Shown here: in pieces, positions 1 to 9,526 of the stretch
Layout of the letters: every line of letters begins with the position of its first letter
Position numbering within the stretch: position 1 is the stretch's first letter
Virus record (IMG/VR): IMGVR_UViG_3300011115_000879
Location: 95,568-159,567 of that record
DNA length: 64,000 bases
Direction: 5' to 3' (one strand)
From: a virus
The notes under the pieces: generated by a model
Told to the model about the DNA's origin: nothing
Seen by the model: the letters and a program-made list of their open reading frames with translations, nothing else
Databases searched by the model: none
Position numbers and translations under genes: made by a program

Positions 1-81
1 CCATCAAAAGACTATAGTAAAATTAATTCATTAATAACTGAAATAATTTGCACTCACACAGGTGTATGTGCATTATGTTAA
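1..81 (+). CDS. 3' end of a gene entering the window, probably the prohead protease (gp21-like)
   Basis: Frame 1 reads PSKDYSKINSLITEIICTHTGVCALC-stop (TAA 79-81). It lies upstream of scaffold and capsid genes, matching the T4 order 21-22-23. Identity is inferred from synteny. Confidence 0.45.
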   Translation, partial: PSKDYSKINSLITEIICTHTGVCALC

Positions 82-88
82 TATTTAT
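81..88 (+). promoter_or_regulatory. Putative late promoter motif ATATTTAT (representative copy)
   Basis: The same 8-mer starts at 1112, 5801, 6513, 13007, 16471, 20948, 21392, 22252, 24416, 24997, 26046, 28599, 39716, 40150, 42794, 46165, 51278 and 57033, mostly 14-26 nt before an ATG of a structural or mobile gene. Confidence 0.7.
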
Positions 89-104
89 ACAAAAATAACC
101 CCAA

Positions 105-1031
105 ATGAAACAACCAATTAACGAAATTAAAAGAATGCAGCAATTAGCTGGTCTTATTACTGAATCACAGTTAAATGAAGTAGAATCGTCTTTACAAACA
201 TATTTAACAAGTATAGAAAAAAATTTAAAAAGTAAACCTGAAGAATTAACAAAAAAGATTACAGATTATTTACATTCTGTTTTTGTTGTAGGAAACGGAA
301 TACCAGGAGTTATAAGTGTCCCTAATCATATATACTATGTTATCCCAAGTAAAAAAGGTGATAACTTTATAACAGTAATGGGATACACAGATAGAGATAA
401 AGGATTTATAGTTAATGATCAAATTTTAAAATGGTTGGTAAGCGCAGATCCATTTTTAAGTAATGAGGCCGCTGAAAAAGTAGTACAATCTTACATACAA
501 GATTCAAAATTAAATACTGGAGGAAAATGGGGAGGATTTGAAAAAATGGGGGATATGTTGAAAAATCAATTTGAAACTAATAAAAAACCAGCAACTGAAC
601 CACAACAAGAATCACAACTAAATGAATACGACGAATATGATGACATCGACACACCAGAATTTGATGACGATCACGACATAGATGCTCAAAAGAAATTCGA
701 TGATATGATAGTAGACGTACCAAGACTACATCAATTGATAAGTAGCTCTCATCACAGAGGAAAAGAAGTAACAATAAATGGTGTTAAAGTTACAGATGTA
801 ACTGGAATAGGAAACATTTTTCTAGAAAATGGTGAAAAATTAAATAGTAAAGAATTTGCTAATGGTGTTCCTGATATCAAAATCAATAACGAACCAATTA
901 ACATTCCATTCACATCATCAAAACCACCAGCACCATTAAATTATAAATCAAGTGATGTATACCCTGCTGGAAGTTATATGGATGAAGTGGTTAATAAAGC
1001 TTTAAAAGAACACCGCAGACAACAAAAATAA
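105..1031 (+). CDS. Putative internal head (cargo) protein with N-terminal tag MKQPINEIKRMQQLAGLITE
   Basis: 308-aa ORF with its own ATATTTAT motif (81-88) and a downstream hairpin (1059-1085). N-terminus is shared with 40193..40702 and resembles the scaffold C-terminus. ESQLNE occurs twice. Confidence 0.55.
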   Translation: MKQPINEIKRMQQLAGLITESQLNEVESSLQTYLTSIEKNLKSKPEELTKKITDYLHSVFVVGNGIPGVISVPNHIYYVIPSKKGDNFITVMGYTDRDKGFIVNDQILKWLVSADPFLSNEAAEKVVQSYIQDSKLNTGGKWGGFEKMGDMLKNQFETNKKPATEPQQESQLNEYDEYDDIDTPEFDDDHDIDAQKKFDDMIVDVPRLHQLISSSHHRGKEVTINGVKVTDVTGIGNIFLENGEKLNSKEFANGVPDIKINNEPINIPFTSSKPPAPLNYKSSDVYPAGSYMDEVVNKALKEHRRQQK

Positions 1032-1058
1032 CCCCTTTATATATAGAATATATAAACC

Positions 1059-1085
1059 GACGCCTCCCCTAAAAAGGAGGCGTTT
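1059..1085 (+). terminator. Intrinsic terminator-like hairpin
   Basis: GACGCCTCC-cctaaaaa-GGAGGCGTT followed by T-rich sequence. Confidence 0.65.
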
Positions 1086-1241
1086 CGCTTTGCGGTTTTC
1101 CATACTTACACATATTTATTACTAGCCTATAATAGCTACCCACATCACAACTCCCCATGGTAGCTCGGCATTTTATAAACCCCACTATTAAGATTCATAA
1201 TAATCTTATTTCCGTAAAATAAATTTAAGGAGAAAATCACA

Positions 1242-2306
1242 ATGAGTACAAACAAAAATTTGTTCAAAGAAGCAATCGCTGACGCTAAAGCCGTTCGTGA
1301 AGCTGCGTTAGCAAACGCAAAAGTTGCCCTTGAAGAAGCTTTGACTCCGAAACTTCAATCTATGTTATCTGCAAAGTTACAAGAAATGGAGTCATACGAA
1401 GAAGGTGCAATGGGTGGCTACACAGATGAAAATCTGGATGAAGAAGATTACATGCAACCTTTAAACACAGCTGACGAAATGGGTCAGTCTGGTTTCGGAG
1501 CTAGAGAGCAAGGTAAACCTGGTTTTGGAGATTTAGGTTTTGAAGAAGAAGATTTGGAAGAAGATTTCGATTTATCTGAAATTTTAGCTGAACTTAACGA
1601 AGCTGATGAAGAAGAAGCTGAGGAAGAAGGCGAAGAAGAAGAGGATGAAGAGGAAGAAGAAGAAGAATCTGAAGAAGGCGAAAACGTTGCTGACATGTCT
1701 GTTGAAGACTTAAAAGATCTTATCAAATCAATCGTTGATCAAGAATTGGAAGCTGAAGAAGCAGAAACACCTGCTGAAGAAGAAGCTGAATATGCTGATG
1801 GCGAAGAAGCTGGTGAAGAAGCAGGCAACGAAGACGAAATCGATTTAGAAGAATTACTTGCTGAATTAGATTCTTTAGGTGAAAATGATGACGAAGACGA
1901 TATCATGGAAGCTAAAAAGAAAGCTAAAGACACTAAGAAAGAAAAAGAAGCTAAAGAAGAAATGAAAGAAGCAGTAGCTACTATCAATGCTCTTCGTAAA
2001 GAAATGAACGAAGTTAATTTATTAAACGCTAAATTACTTTACGTAAACAAAATCTTCAAAGCTAAGAATTTAACTGAATCACAAAAAGTAAAAGTAATTG
2101 CTTCATTTGATAAAGCAACTAACGTTAAAGAAGCTAAAGTAGTATTCGAATCATTAAATAGTGCTTTACGTGCACCTGCTAAAAAAGCAATTAAAGAATC
2201 CTTTGGATTTGCTTCAAAAGCATCAGGTGTTGCTCAAAACAGAACAATAGTTGAATCAAACGATGCTATTAAACGTATGCAAAAACTTGCAAACATCATT
2301 AAATAA
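1242..2306 (+). CDS. Prohead core/scaffold protein (T4 gp22-like)
   Basis: Very acidic, coiled-coil-like 354-aa protein directly upstream of the major capsid gene, with many (L/I/M)xE sites (LNEA, IMEA, LTES, IKES, IVES) and C-terminal IKRMQKLANIIK. Confidence 0.8.
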   Translation: MSTNKNLFKEAIADAKAVREAALANAKVALEEALTPKLQSMLSAKLQEMESYEEGAMGGYTDENLDEEDYMQPLNTADEMGQSGFGAREQGKPGFGDLGFEEEDLEEDFDLSEILAELNEADEEEAEEEGEEEEDEEEEEEESEEGENVADMSVEDLKDLIKSIVDQELEAEEAETPAEEEAEYADGEEAGEEAGNEDEIDLEELLAELDSLGENDDEDDIMEAKKKAKDTKKEKEAKEEMKEAVATINALRKEMNEVNLLNAKLLYVNKIFKAKNLTESQKVKVIASFDKATNVKEAKVVFESLNSALRAPAKKAIKESFGFASKASGVAQNRTIVESNDAIKRMQKLANIIK

Positions 2307-2334
2307 TTTAATTAACAAACAAAACTCGTTTAAA

Positions 2335-3960
2335 ATGAACGTACAACAATTATTAGAATCATCAAACCAATACAAAACGGTTTCTGATGATGCAAAAAAA
2401 CTTAGTTCCAAGTGGACTAGATCGGGCCTCTTAGAAGGTATTAAAGGCGAAAACGATCGCAATACTATGGCCATGTTGCTTGAAAATCAAGCAAAACAAT
2501 TAGTAACTGAAGCCTCTTCAACTGGTACTGCCTCTCCAGGTAGTGGTGGTTATAATGGTGAATCTTGGAATGGCGTTGCCTTACCATTAGTTCGTCGTGT
2601 ATTCGGTGAAATCGCTGCTAAAGAATTCGTTAGTGTACAACCAATGAACTTACCTTCAGGTCTTGTATTTTATCTTGACTTTAAGTACGGTACTGGTGTT
2701 AAACCATTTGCTCAAAATAGTTCTTTGTATGGCGCTAACGCAACTACAAACGTAACTGATATCGCTTCTGCTTCATTATATGGTGCTGGTAGATTTGGTT
2801 ACTCACTTAACCCATATACAGCTTCTGTAGCTTCTATTTCTTCATCTCTTACTTGGACTGATTTTAATTTTGATGCTGATTATTCAGCTTCTGCCGCTGC
2901 TGGTACTTACAGAAAAATTCAAGTTCCTTTACCGGCTGGATACGATACAAATGGTGTTCGTGCTTTTACAGTTACTTCAGGTTCAACTGATTTACAAGTT
3001 TTAAGTGCATTTACAACTGTAGCTAGTAATACTGGTTCTTTCATTGTAACTGGTTCTTTACTTGCTGGTGTTGTTGGTACTGGTGTAGGTAACTTAATTT
3101 TATCTTATACATTTGCTCCTCAAGATTCTGGTAGTGGTCAATTCCGTGGTGATTTTGAAGACGGCGTTACTAAGAATCCAGGTACTGCTGCTCCATCTAC
3201 AATTGCAATCCCAGAAATTAACGTACAGTTAAAATCTGAACCAATCGTTGCTAAAACTCGTAAGTTGAAAGCACAATGGACACCAGAATTTGCTCAAGAT
3301 TTGAACGCTTACCATAGTGTTGATGCTGAAGCTGAATTAACTGGTATCTTATCTCAATACATTTCAATGGAAATTGATTTGGAATTGATGGATATGTTGA
3401 TTCAAAATGCATTCACTGTTGATTACTGGAGCGCTCAAAACAATACTACTGTTACTGCTGCTGGTGGTGTAGTTGCAAATGCTGCTGCTCAATCCTTCTA
3501 TAACACACAAGGTGGATGGTTCCAAACTTTAGGTACTAAATTACAAAAAGTTAGTAACAAAATTCATCAATTGACATTACGCGGTGGCGCTAATTTCATG
3601 GTAGTTTCTCCAACAGTATCTACTATTTTGGAATCAATTCCAGGATTTGCTGCTGATGGTGATGGTGATAAAATGGAATACAACTTTGGTATTCAAAAGA
3701 TTGGTAGCTTGAACAGTCGTTACAAGGTTTACAAAAACCCATACATGACTGAAAATGTTATCTTGTTAGGATATAAAGGTGCTCAGTTCTTGGAATGTGG
3801 TGCTGTATTTGCTCCATACGTTCCATTGATCATGACTCCATTATTGTATGATCCAACTACATTTACTCCACGTAAAGGTCTTATGACTCGTTACGCGAAG
3901 AAAATGATCCGTCCTGATTACTACGGTAAGATCTATGTTAGTGGTTTGAACACTATCTAA
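2335..3960 (+). CDS. Major capsid protein, copy 1 (T4 gp23-like)
   Basis: gp23 motifs LLENQ, LPLVRR, VSVQPM..PSGLVF, AKTRKLKA.WT.E.AQDL.AYH..DAE.EL, APYVPL, F.PRKGLMTRYA. Start set at ATG 2335 (MNVQQLLES) by alignment with copy 2. Confidence 0.95.
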   Translation: MNVQQLLESSNQYKTVSDDAKKLSSKWTRSGLLEGIKGENDRNTMAMLLENQAKQLVTEASSTGTASPGSGGYNGESWNGVALPLVRRVFGEIAAKEFVSVQPMNLPSGLVFYLDFKYGTGVKPFAQNSSLYGANATTNVTDIASASLYGAGRFGYSLNPYTASVASISSSLTWTDFNFDADYSASAAAGTYRKIQVPLPAGYDTNGVRAFTVTSGSTDLQVLSAFTTVASNTGSFIVTGSLLAGVVGTGVGNLILSYTFAPQDSGSGQFRGDFEDGVTKNPGTAAPSTIAIPEINVQLKSEPIVAKTRKLKAQWTPEFAQDLNAYHSVDAEAELTGILSQYISMEIDLELMDMLIQNAFTVDYWSAQNNTTVTAAGGVVANAAAQSFYNTQGGWFQTLGTKLQKVSNKIHQLTLRGGANFMVVSPTVSTILESIPGFAADGDGDKMEYNFGIQKIGSLNSRYKVYKNPYMTENVILLGYKGAQFLECGAVFAPYVPLIMTPLLYDPTTFTPRKGLMTRYAKKMIRPDYYGKIYVSGLNTI

Positions 3961-3973
3961 TATAATAACATAA

Positions 3974-4005
3974 AAAACGGCTGGGTGTAACAACCTGGCC
4001 GTTTT
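3974..4005 (+). terminator. Terminator hairpin between the two capsid genes
   Basis: AAAACGGCTGGGT-gtaaca-ACCTGGCCGTTTT with a following T-rich tract. Confidence 0.7.
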
Positions 4006-4033
4006 ATTTAATAACACATTCAATTCATTTAAA

Positions 4034-5737
4034 ATGAATATTCAATCTCTATTAGAATCATCAAACCAATATAAAACGGTTTCTGATGATGCAAAAAAAC
4101 TTAGCACCAAATGGGCTAAGTCTGGCCTTTTAGAAGGCATTAAAAGTGAGAATGATCGTAATACGTTATCTATGTTGCTTGAAAACCAAGCAAAACAACT
4201 TGTAACTGAAGCTTCATCTACAGGTACAGCAGCCGCGGGTGCTGGATCTTATAGTGGTGAAAGTTGGAACGGAGTTGCATTGCCTCTCGTACGTAGAGTA
4301 TTTGGTGAAATTGCAGCAAAAGAATTCGTTTCAGTTCAACCAATGAACTTACCTTCAGGTCTTGTATTTTATCTTGATTTTAAATATGGCACAAATGATG
4401 TTCACTTCAATAACGGTGATTCATTATATGGTGCCAATGCAACTAATAACGTAACTAACATCGCAGGTGAATCACTTTACGGTGCTGGTCAATTCGGCTA
4501 CTCAATCAATAACTTCTCAGCTTCTGTTACTTCTGTAACCGGTGCTTTAGCTACTTGGGTAGATTTTAACTTTAACGATGACTTCTCAGCTTCAGCTGCT
4601 AGTAGCCAGTATAAAAAGATTTTAGTTCCATTACCAACAACAGCCGATACAAATGCTGTTCGTTCATTTTTCATTAGTGGTAGTATTATATCTGGATCAG
4701 TAACAAGTTTTGGTGGGTACGGTGTAACTAATACATCTACTAATTTACTACAAGATTTTACTACTGTAACAAATAATACAGCTTCATTCTTATTAACAGC
4801 ATCTTTATTTACTAATAGTGTTGCTAGTGGTTCTAATCCTACACAAACAACACTTTTATACTTTACTGTAGCTCCAACAACTACAACTCGTGGTGATTTT
4901 GAAGATACTACTTCAGGTGGTGGTTCTGGTACAGCTGGTGGTAATGGTGGTTACCCATCTTTCCAATCCAATAGTACAATCGTTATCCCAGAAATTAACG
5001 TACAGTTAAAATCTGAACCAATTGTTGCTAAGACAAGAAAATTAAAAGCACAATGGACACCGGAATTTGCTCAAGATTTAAATGCATATCATAGTGTTGA
5101 TGCTGAATCAGAATTGACAGGAATTTTATCTCAATATATCTCTATGGAGATTGATTTAGAATTAATGGACATGCTAATTCAAAATGCATTTACAGTAGAT
5201 TATTGGTCAGCACAAAATAACACAACTGTTACTGCTGCTGGTGGTGTAGTTGCAAATGCTGCTGCTCAATCGTTTTATAACACTCAAGGAGGATGGTTCC
5301 AAACACTTGGTACTAAACTTCAGAAAGTATCTAATAAAATTCATCAATTAACACTGAGAGGCGGTGCTAATTTCATGGTAGTTTCTCCAACAGTATCTAC
5401 TGTTTTGGAATCAATTCCTGGATTTGCAGCTGATGGTACAGGTGAAAAACTAGAATATAACTTTGGTATCCAAAAAATAGGTTCATTAAATAGTCGCTAC
5501 AAGGTTTACAAAAATCCTTACATGACTGAGAATGTAATTTTATTAGGATACAAAGGTGCACAATTCCTAGAGTGTGGTGCTGTATTTGCTCCATACGTTC
5601 CATTAATTATGACTCCACTTCTTTACGATCCAAGTACATTCACACCTAGAAAAGGTTTGATGACTAGATACGCTAAAAAGATGATTCGTCCTGATTACTA
5701 CGGTAAAATCTACGTTAGTGGTTTAAATACTATTTAA
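4034..5737 (+). CDS. Major capsid protein, copy 2 (gp23-like paralog with a different insertion domain)
   Basis: Same gp23 motifs. Near-identical to copy 1 except in the central Ser/Thr-rich region. Confidence 0.95.
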   Translation: MNIQSLLESSNQYKTVSDDAKKLSTKWAKSGLLEGIKSENDRNTLSMLLENQAKQLVTEASSTGTAAAGAGSYSGESWNGVALPLVRRVFGEIAAKEFVSVQPMNLPSGLVFYLDFKYGTNDVHFNNGDSLYGANATNNVTNIAGESLYGAGQFGYSINNFSASVTSVTGALATWVDFNFNDDFSASAASSQYKKILVPLPTTADTNAVRSFFISGSIISGSVTSFGGYGVTNTSTNLLQDFTTVTNNTASFLLTASLFTNSVASGSNPTQTTLLYFTVAPTTTTRGDFEDTTSGGGSGTAGGNGGYPSFQSNSTIVIPEINVQLKSEPIVAKTRKLKAQWTPEFAQDLNAYHSVDAESELTGILSQYISMEIDLELMDMLIQNAFTVDYWSAQNNTTVTAAGGVVANAAAQSFYNTQGGWFQTLGTKLQKVSNKIHQLTLRGGANFMVVSPTVSTVLESIPGFAADGTGEKLEYNFGIQKIGSLNSRYKVYKNPYMTENVILLGYKGAQFLECGAVFAPYVPLIMTPLLYDPSTFTPRKGLMTRYAKKMIRPDYYGKIYVSGLNTI

Positions 5738-5764
5738 CATAACTTAACCCCGTAAGGTTAAAAT

Positions 5765-5798
5765 AAGAACCCAAGTCGCAAGGCTTGGGTTTCTTTTT
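5765..5798 (+). terminator. Intrinsic terminator
   Basis: AAGAACCCAAGTC-GCAA-GGCTTGGGTTTCTTTTT (GNRA loop, U-tail). Confidence 0.85.
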
Positions 5799-5827
5799 GC
5801 ATATTTATATAAAACAAATCATATAAT

Positions 5828-6499
5828 ATGTCTACGCAACAAGATGAAAAGTTTAAACAAAAGAAAGTTTTGAAAAACGAAATCAAGTATCAAATCCAAC
5901 TAAACGAAGAACAAAAAGAGGCAAAACGATTAATAAGAGAAAATCAAATCGTAGTGATAACAGGTAGAGCAGGCTGTGGTAAATCCTTAGTATCAGCTCA
6001 AACCGCATTAGACTTTCTATTTAAGAAAGAATGCGATTCTATACATGTTACACGTGCTGCTGTAGAAGTAGGCCACTCATTAGGATTCCTACCAGGTAGC
6101 TTAAATGAAAAATTTGATCCATACTTGGAAGCGTTTCAAGAAAATCTAATTAAATGCTATGACAAGGTTAAAATTAACCAACTTATCAACGACCAGAAAG
6201 TTATCGCTCTTCCTGTCCAGTTTATACGCGGAAAAACAGTGGATGATGTACTTGTGGTGGAAGAAGCACAAAATCTTACTAAAGCAGAAATGCTTGCTAT
6301 TCTTACACGACTTGGTAAGAATGGCCGGATTATAATCAATGGAGATAATGAACAAAAAGACATTAGAGATGAATTTAACGGTTTATCTTATGTTATAGAG
6401 TTATCAAAAAAGATAGAAGAAATCAAATGGATTAAACTCAAACACAACCATAGATCTGATATAGTAGGTAAGATACTAGATTATGAATACAGCAAATAA
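5828..6499 (+). CDS. phoH: PhoH-family ATPase
   Basis: Walker A GRAGCGKS, LGFLPGSLNEKFDPY, FIRGKT, EEAQN, LTRLG, GD..Q.D, RSDIV. Confidence 0.9.
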   Translation: MSTQQDEKFKQKKVLKNEIKYQIQLNEEQKEAKRLIRENQIVVITGRAGCGKSLVSAQTALDFLFKKECDSIHVTRAAVEVGHSLGFLPGSLNEKFDPYLEAFQENLIKCYDKVKINQLINDQKVIALPVQFIRGKTVDDVLVVEEAQNLTKAEMLAILTRLGKNGRIIINGDNEQKDIRDEFNGLSYVIELSKKIEEIKWIKLKHNHRSDIVGKILDYEYSK

Positions 6500-6543
6500 T
6501 AATAGTTTTATTATATTTATACGTGTTAAATACTAGTTAGACA

Positions 6544-8565
6544 ATGGCAATAAACCTAAAAGATCTTTACGACCAATATGGTGGTAATCCGAATAAACTT
6601 TCTCCTATAAAGGGTAACTGTCCTTTAGGATATTATGATAATGACCCTGAATTCAGCAATGATGCATTGGGAGCTGCTAGATTTGTAGCTCAACGTTTAG
6701 GTGTTACAGGTCCTCAATATAATTTTACAACTAAAACATATAAGGCAAGCCCCGCTACGCTTAACATTACTGATTTAACAGTATATGCAGCATTTGAAGA
6801 AGCAGTTACTACATATGGTAATATGGTTTATCAATTTAAAATTAGAGATAATTATATTAATTTAGAAGGATCAGATACATTACCATTCTTTCATAATCTC
6901 ATTACGTATGTTAGAAGTACAGAAGTAGGTTCACCGGTAACATGGTCCGCTCCTAGACGATCAACATTTGCCGAAGTTGATTCTGATTCTGCTTATCTTC
7001 AATCAATAAATGATGGAGAAATATACACTATATCATCATCAGTAGCAGATTATATTGCACCTAATTTAGATTTAATTAAGTCATTTAACTTAGCAGATAC
7101 TTATTACAGTTCCGGTTCTAATAGAACATATAACTTAAGTTCATTTATATATAACCAATTTAACTCAGTAGGAGGAGCAACAATATTTACTCCATTTTAT
7201 AATCCAAACAGTGGATCATATGATTTCTCTAGTTACACAAGTAATGATAGTATATTTTCAATAACAGGAAGTAATACAGTAGCAGTACAATTTAAAATTA
7301 CTTCATCTGTACCAACAGATACACCAACTACATTTTATGTAGCTAGCGGTAGCACAGCTGCTCTTACGGCATTTAATATTGCTAATAAAATTACTAGCAT
7401 ATCTTATGGTACATTTGGTACAACAGTAGCAGTAAATACAGGATCAACAGCTACTACACTTAATTTTACATCATCTACCTCAGCATATGATATTAGTAAT
7501 TTTAAAGTAAATAGTACAGCTATATTTTCTAATGTAACATCCGGATCTACAGCAACAATCCCAGAAGGAAATACACACATATATTTCCGTACTATGCGAA
7601 ATGATATATTTAGTGGATCTCCATTCTTTATATCGGCTTCTATAACACAATCTATACCAACAGTATACATTCAATCAAATATTAATCCTGCATTAAATAA
7701 TAGATTAGTAAGTAATAACTTAACAACTATTACAACACGTATTGCTGAAGATTATGCTGCTGAAGCTGGTGTAGGAGGTAAATATGACATAAAGAAGGGA
7801 ATAATAAACATGAAAGGTGGTATTCAAGACTATGACCTAAATGCATGGGCAGCAGCATCCGCTTCATTAGTAAATGGAGATAGTATTGAAGTTAGAAGAG
7901 TATTTTATGAAGGACCACCAGCAATAGCTCGTTATTTTGATCCATATGCTGGTACAGGTACAGGTATACAATCACTACTTGAATCATTTGGATTTGGTCA
8001 AATGTCTCCTGGTATTAATTTTATGTTAATGCCTATATCGTTTGATGTATTAAAACTTCAAGCAATTGAGTTAAATGATCAGATAAGAAAAGCAGCATAT
8101 TCATTTGATTTACAAAATAACCAATTAAAGATATTTCCTGTCCCTACAGTTGACATGCCTTTAATGTTTGAATACGTTAAAATAAGTCAAAAAAGTCAAG
8201 CAGTAAGGGATAACAGAACAAACGTTGTAACAGATATAATGAATGTTCCATATAGAAATCCTATATACTCTAATATCAATGCTGTAGGTAGATTATGGAT
8301 TCTTAAATATACATTAGGATTATGTAGAGAAATCGAAGCACATATTCGTATCCAATCAGCTAATTTAAGCATTGCTGGTATTGGTCCACTACAAGGTAAT
8401 GAATTAATTGCGGATGCTAGAACAGAAAAACAAAGTTTAATTGATGAACTAAAAGAGATGCTAAATGAAGTATCACGTAAATCGCAATTAGAACGTAAAC
8501 AAATGGAAGCTGGCTTTACACGTGATACTTTAACAAATGTTCCCATGACAATTTATATACTTTAA
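6544..8565 (+). CDS. Neck/head-tail adaptor protein (gp13-like) with a large Ser/Thr-rich insertion
   Basis: Follows the head genes. N-terminal AAFEEAVTTY and C-terminal LKIFPVP, WILKYTL, G.ELI..AR.EK..LI.ELKE are typical of gp13-like neck proteins. Confidence 0.6.
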   Translation: MAINLKDLYDQYGGNPNKLSPIKGNCPLGYYDNDPEFSNDALGAARFVAQRLGVTGPQYNFTTKTYKASPATLNITDLTVYAAFEEAVTTYGNMVYQFKIRDNYINLEGSDTLPFFHNLITYVRSTEVGSPVTWSAPRRSTFAEVDSDSAYLQSINDGEIYTISSSVADYIAPNLDLIKSFNLADTYYSSGSNRTYNLSSFIYNQFNSVGGATIFTPFYNPNSGSYDFSSYTSNDSIFSITGSNTVAVQFKITSSVPTDTPTTFYVASGSTAALTAFNIANKITSISYGTFGTTVAVNTGSTATTLNFTSSTSAYDISNFKVNSTAIFSNVTSGSTATIPEGNTHIYFRTMRNDIFSGSPFFISASITQSIPTVYIQSNINPALNNRLVSNNLTTITTRIAEDYAAEAGVGGKYDIKKGIINMKGGIQDYDLNAWAAASASLVNGDSIEVRRVFYEGPPAIARYFDPYAGTGTGIQSLLESFGFGQMSPGINFMLMPISFDVLKLQAIELNDQIRKAAYSFDLQNNQLKIFPVPTVDMPLMFEYVKISQKSQAVRDNRTNVVTDIMNVPYRNPIYSNINAVGRLWILKYTLGLCREIEAHIRIQSANLSIAGIGPLQGNELIADARTEKQSLIDELKEMLNEVSRKSQLERKQMEAGFTRDTLTNVPMTIYIL

Positions 8566-8566
8566 T

Positions 8567-9187
8567 ATGGCTTATTCAATACGAAAAACATATTGGGCAC
8601 CAGGAGGTGAAGGATTAGGAGGTGGTGGAGGAATAGATGGCCCTTCATCAACAGCAACACCAGATGATGGAACACCCGCAACACCTCCTATAGACCAAGG
8701 TGGAGGAACAGAAACACCATCTGGAGGAGGAGCAGGACCAGCAGATACAGCACTTCAAACAGCAGTAGATTATAGTAATATGAGTGTAATGTATTACAAG
8801 ATCAATCTTGAAAGTACAAAAACTAATATGTATGGTGAGGCGCTAGAAAAATGGTATTACCCACCACTACAAACAAAATGTTTAATTACAAGGGATGCTA
8901 TAACAAATAGCGACGATGAATTTGGTGTAACTGTAGCTAATACTATAACAGTATCTATCCCTAGGATTACATTAGATGGATATCAATTCCTACCAGAAGT
9001 AGGAGATATATTAATGGATAGAGAGAAAATGTATGAAGTAAATAGTATAGACCAAAACTTTATAACATTACCTGGAGGATCAGGACAAGCTCAATCAAAT
9101 GGTACAGCAGGTGTTACTGTTATATTTGTATTAAGCTGTTACTTAACTAGACTTACAAAACTTAATTTAATAGAATATTACCAATGA
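8567..9187 (+). CDS. Neck/head-closure protein (gp14-like)
   Basis: YYKI...T..NMYGEA..K and PEVGDIL....MYEV.S motifs; adjacent to the neck gene. Confidence 0.55.
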   Translation: MAYSIRKTYWAPGGEGLGGGGGIDGPSSTATPDDGTPATPPIDQGGGTETPSGGGAGPADTALQTAVDYSNMSVMYYKINLESTKTNMYGEALEKWYYPPLQTKCLITRDAITNSDDEFGVTVANTITVSIPRITLDGYQFLPEVGDILMDREKMYEVNSIDQNFITLPGGSGQAQSNGTAGVTVIFVLSCYLTRLTKLNLIEYYQ

Positions 9188-9522
9188 TAAAATTAACAGA
9201 TTTACTATTAGAATCAACCAATCTGTTTAGAATGGATGCCCTAATTAAAACAACTACTGGTATAAACAAAGTAGAAATATATAATCAAATCAGAGCAATT
9301 ACTGGTGTGGTAGTAATGACTATAGAACAAAGCGAATATTTGGATAGCCAAGCAACAGATAAATTTGAATATTCTTTATTACATATTAAATATTTAGTAA
9401 CATCCGACCCTAAAACAGATATAGAGAAAATTAAAAAAGACGCTCTAATCACAAATAGAATACCAGGGCTATTACAATTTATACCAAGATTAAATACAGC
9501 TAAACAACTAGGAAAATATTAA
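9184..9522 (+). CDS. Hypothetical protein with MIKLTDLLLE N-terminal tag (putative head protein)
   Basis: 112-aa ORF; tag shared with 9527, 49171 and 49820. Confidence 0.55.
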   Translation: MIKLTDLLLESTNLFRMDALIKTTTGINKVEIYNQIRAITGVVVMTIEQSEYLDSQATDKFEYSLLHIKYLVTSDPKTDIEKIKKDALITNRIPGLLQFIPRLNTAKQLGKY

Positions 9523-9526
9523 TATA

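Noticed and set aside
1484-1987. Minus-strand Ser-rich ORFs (and the other minus-strand ORFs in the track)
   Set aside because: They are antisense shadows of Glu-, Gly- or Thr-rich plus-strand genes, fully overlap them and have no recognisable motifs.
2251-2334. N-terminal extension of capsid copy 1 in the ORF track
   Set aside because: Begins at a TTG inside the scaffold gene; alignment with copy 2 and the shared TTTAAAATG context support ATG 2335.
2335-5737. Duplications as simple assembly artefacts
   Set aside because: Copies differ at many synonymous sites and in whole domains, have intact frames and distinct intergenic context. A strain chimera cannot be fully excluded without long reads.
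5745-5760. Shared ACCCCGTAAGGT in hairpins at about 5747 and 54198
   Set aside because: Explained by a common CC-GTAA-GG GNRA tetraloop in terminator-like stems; too short to call a repeat element.
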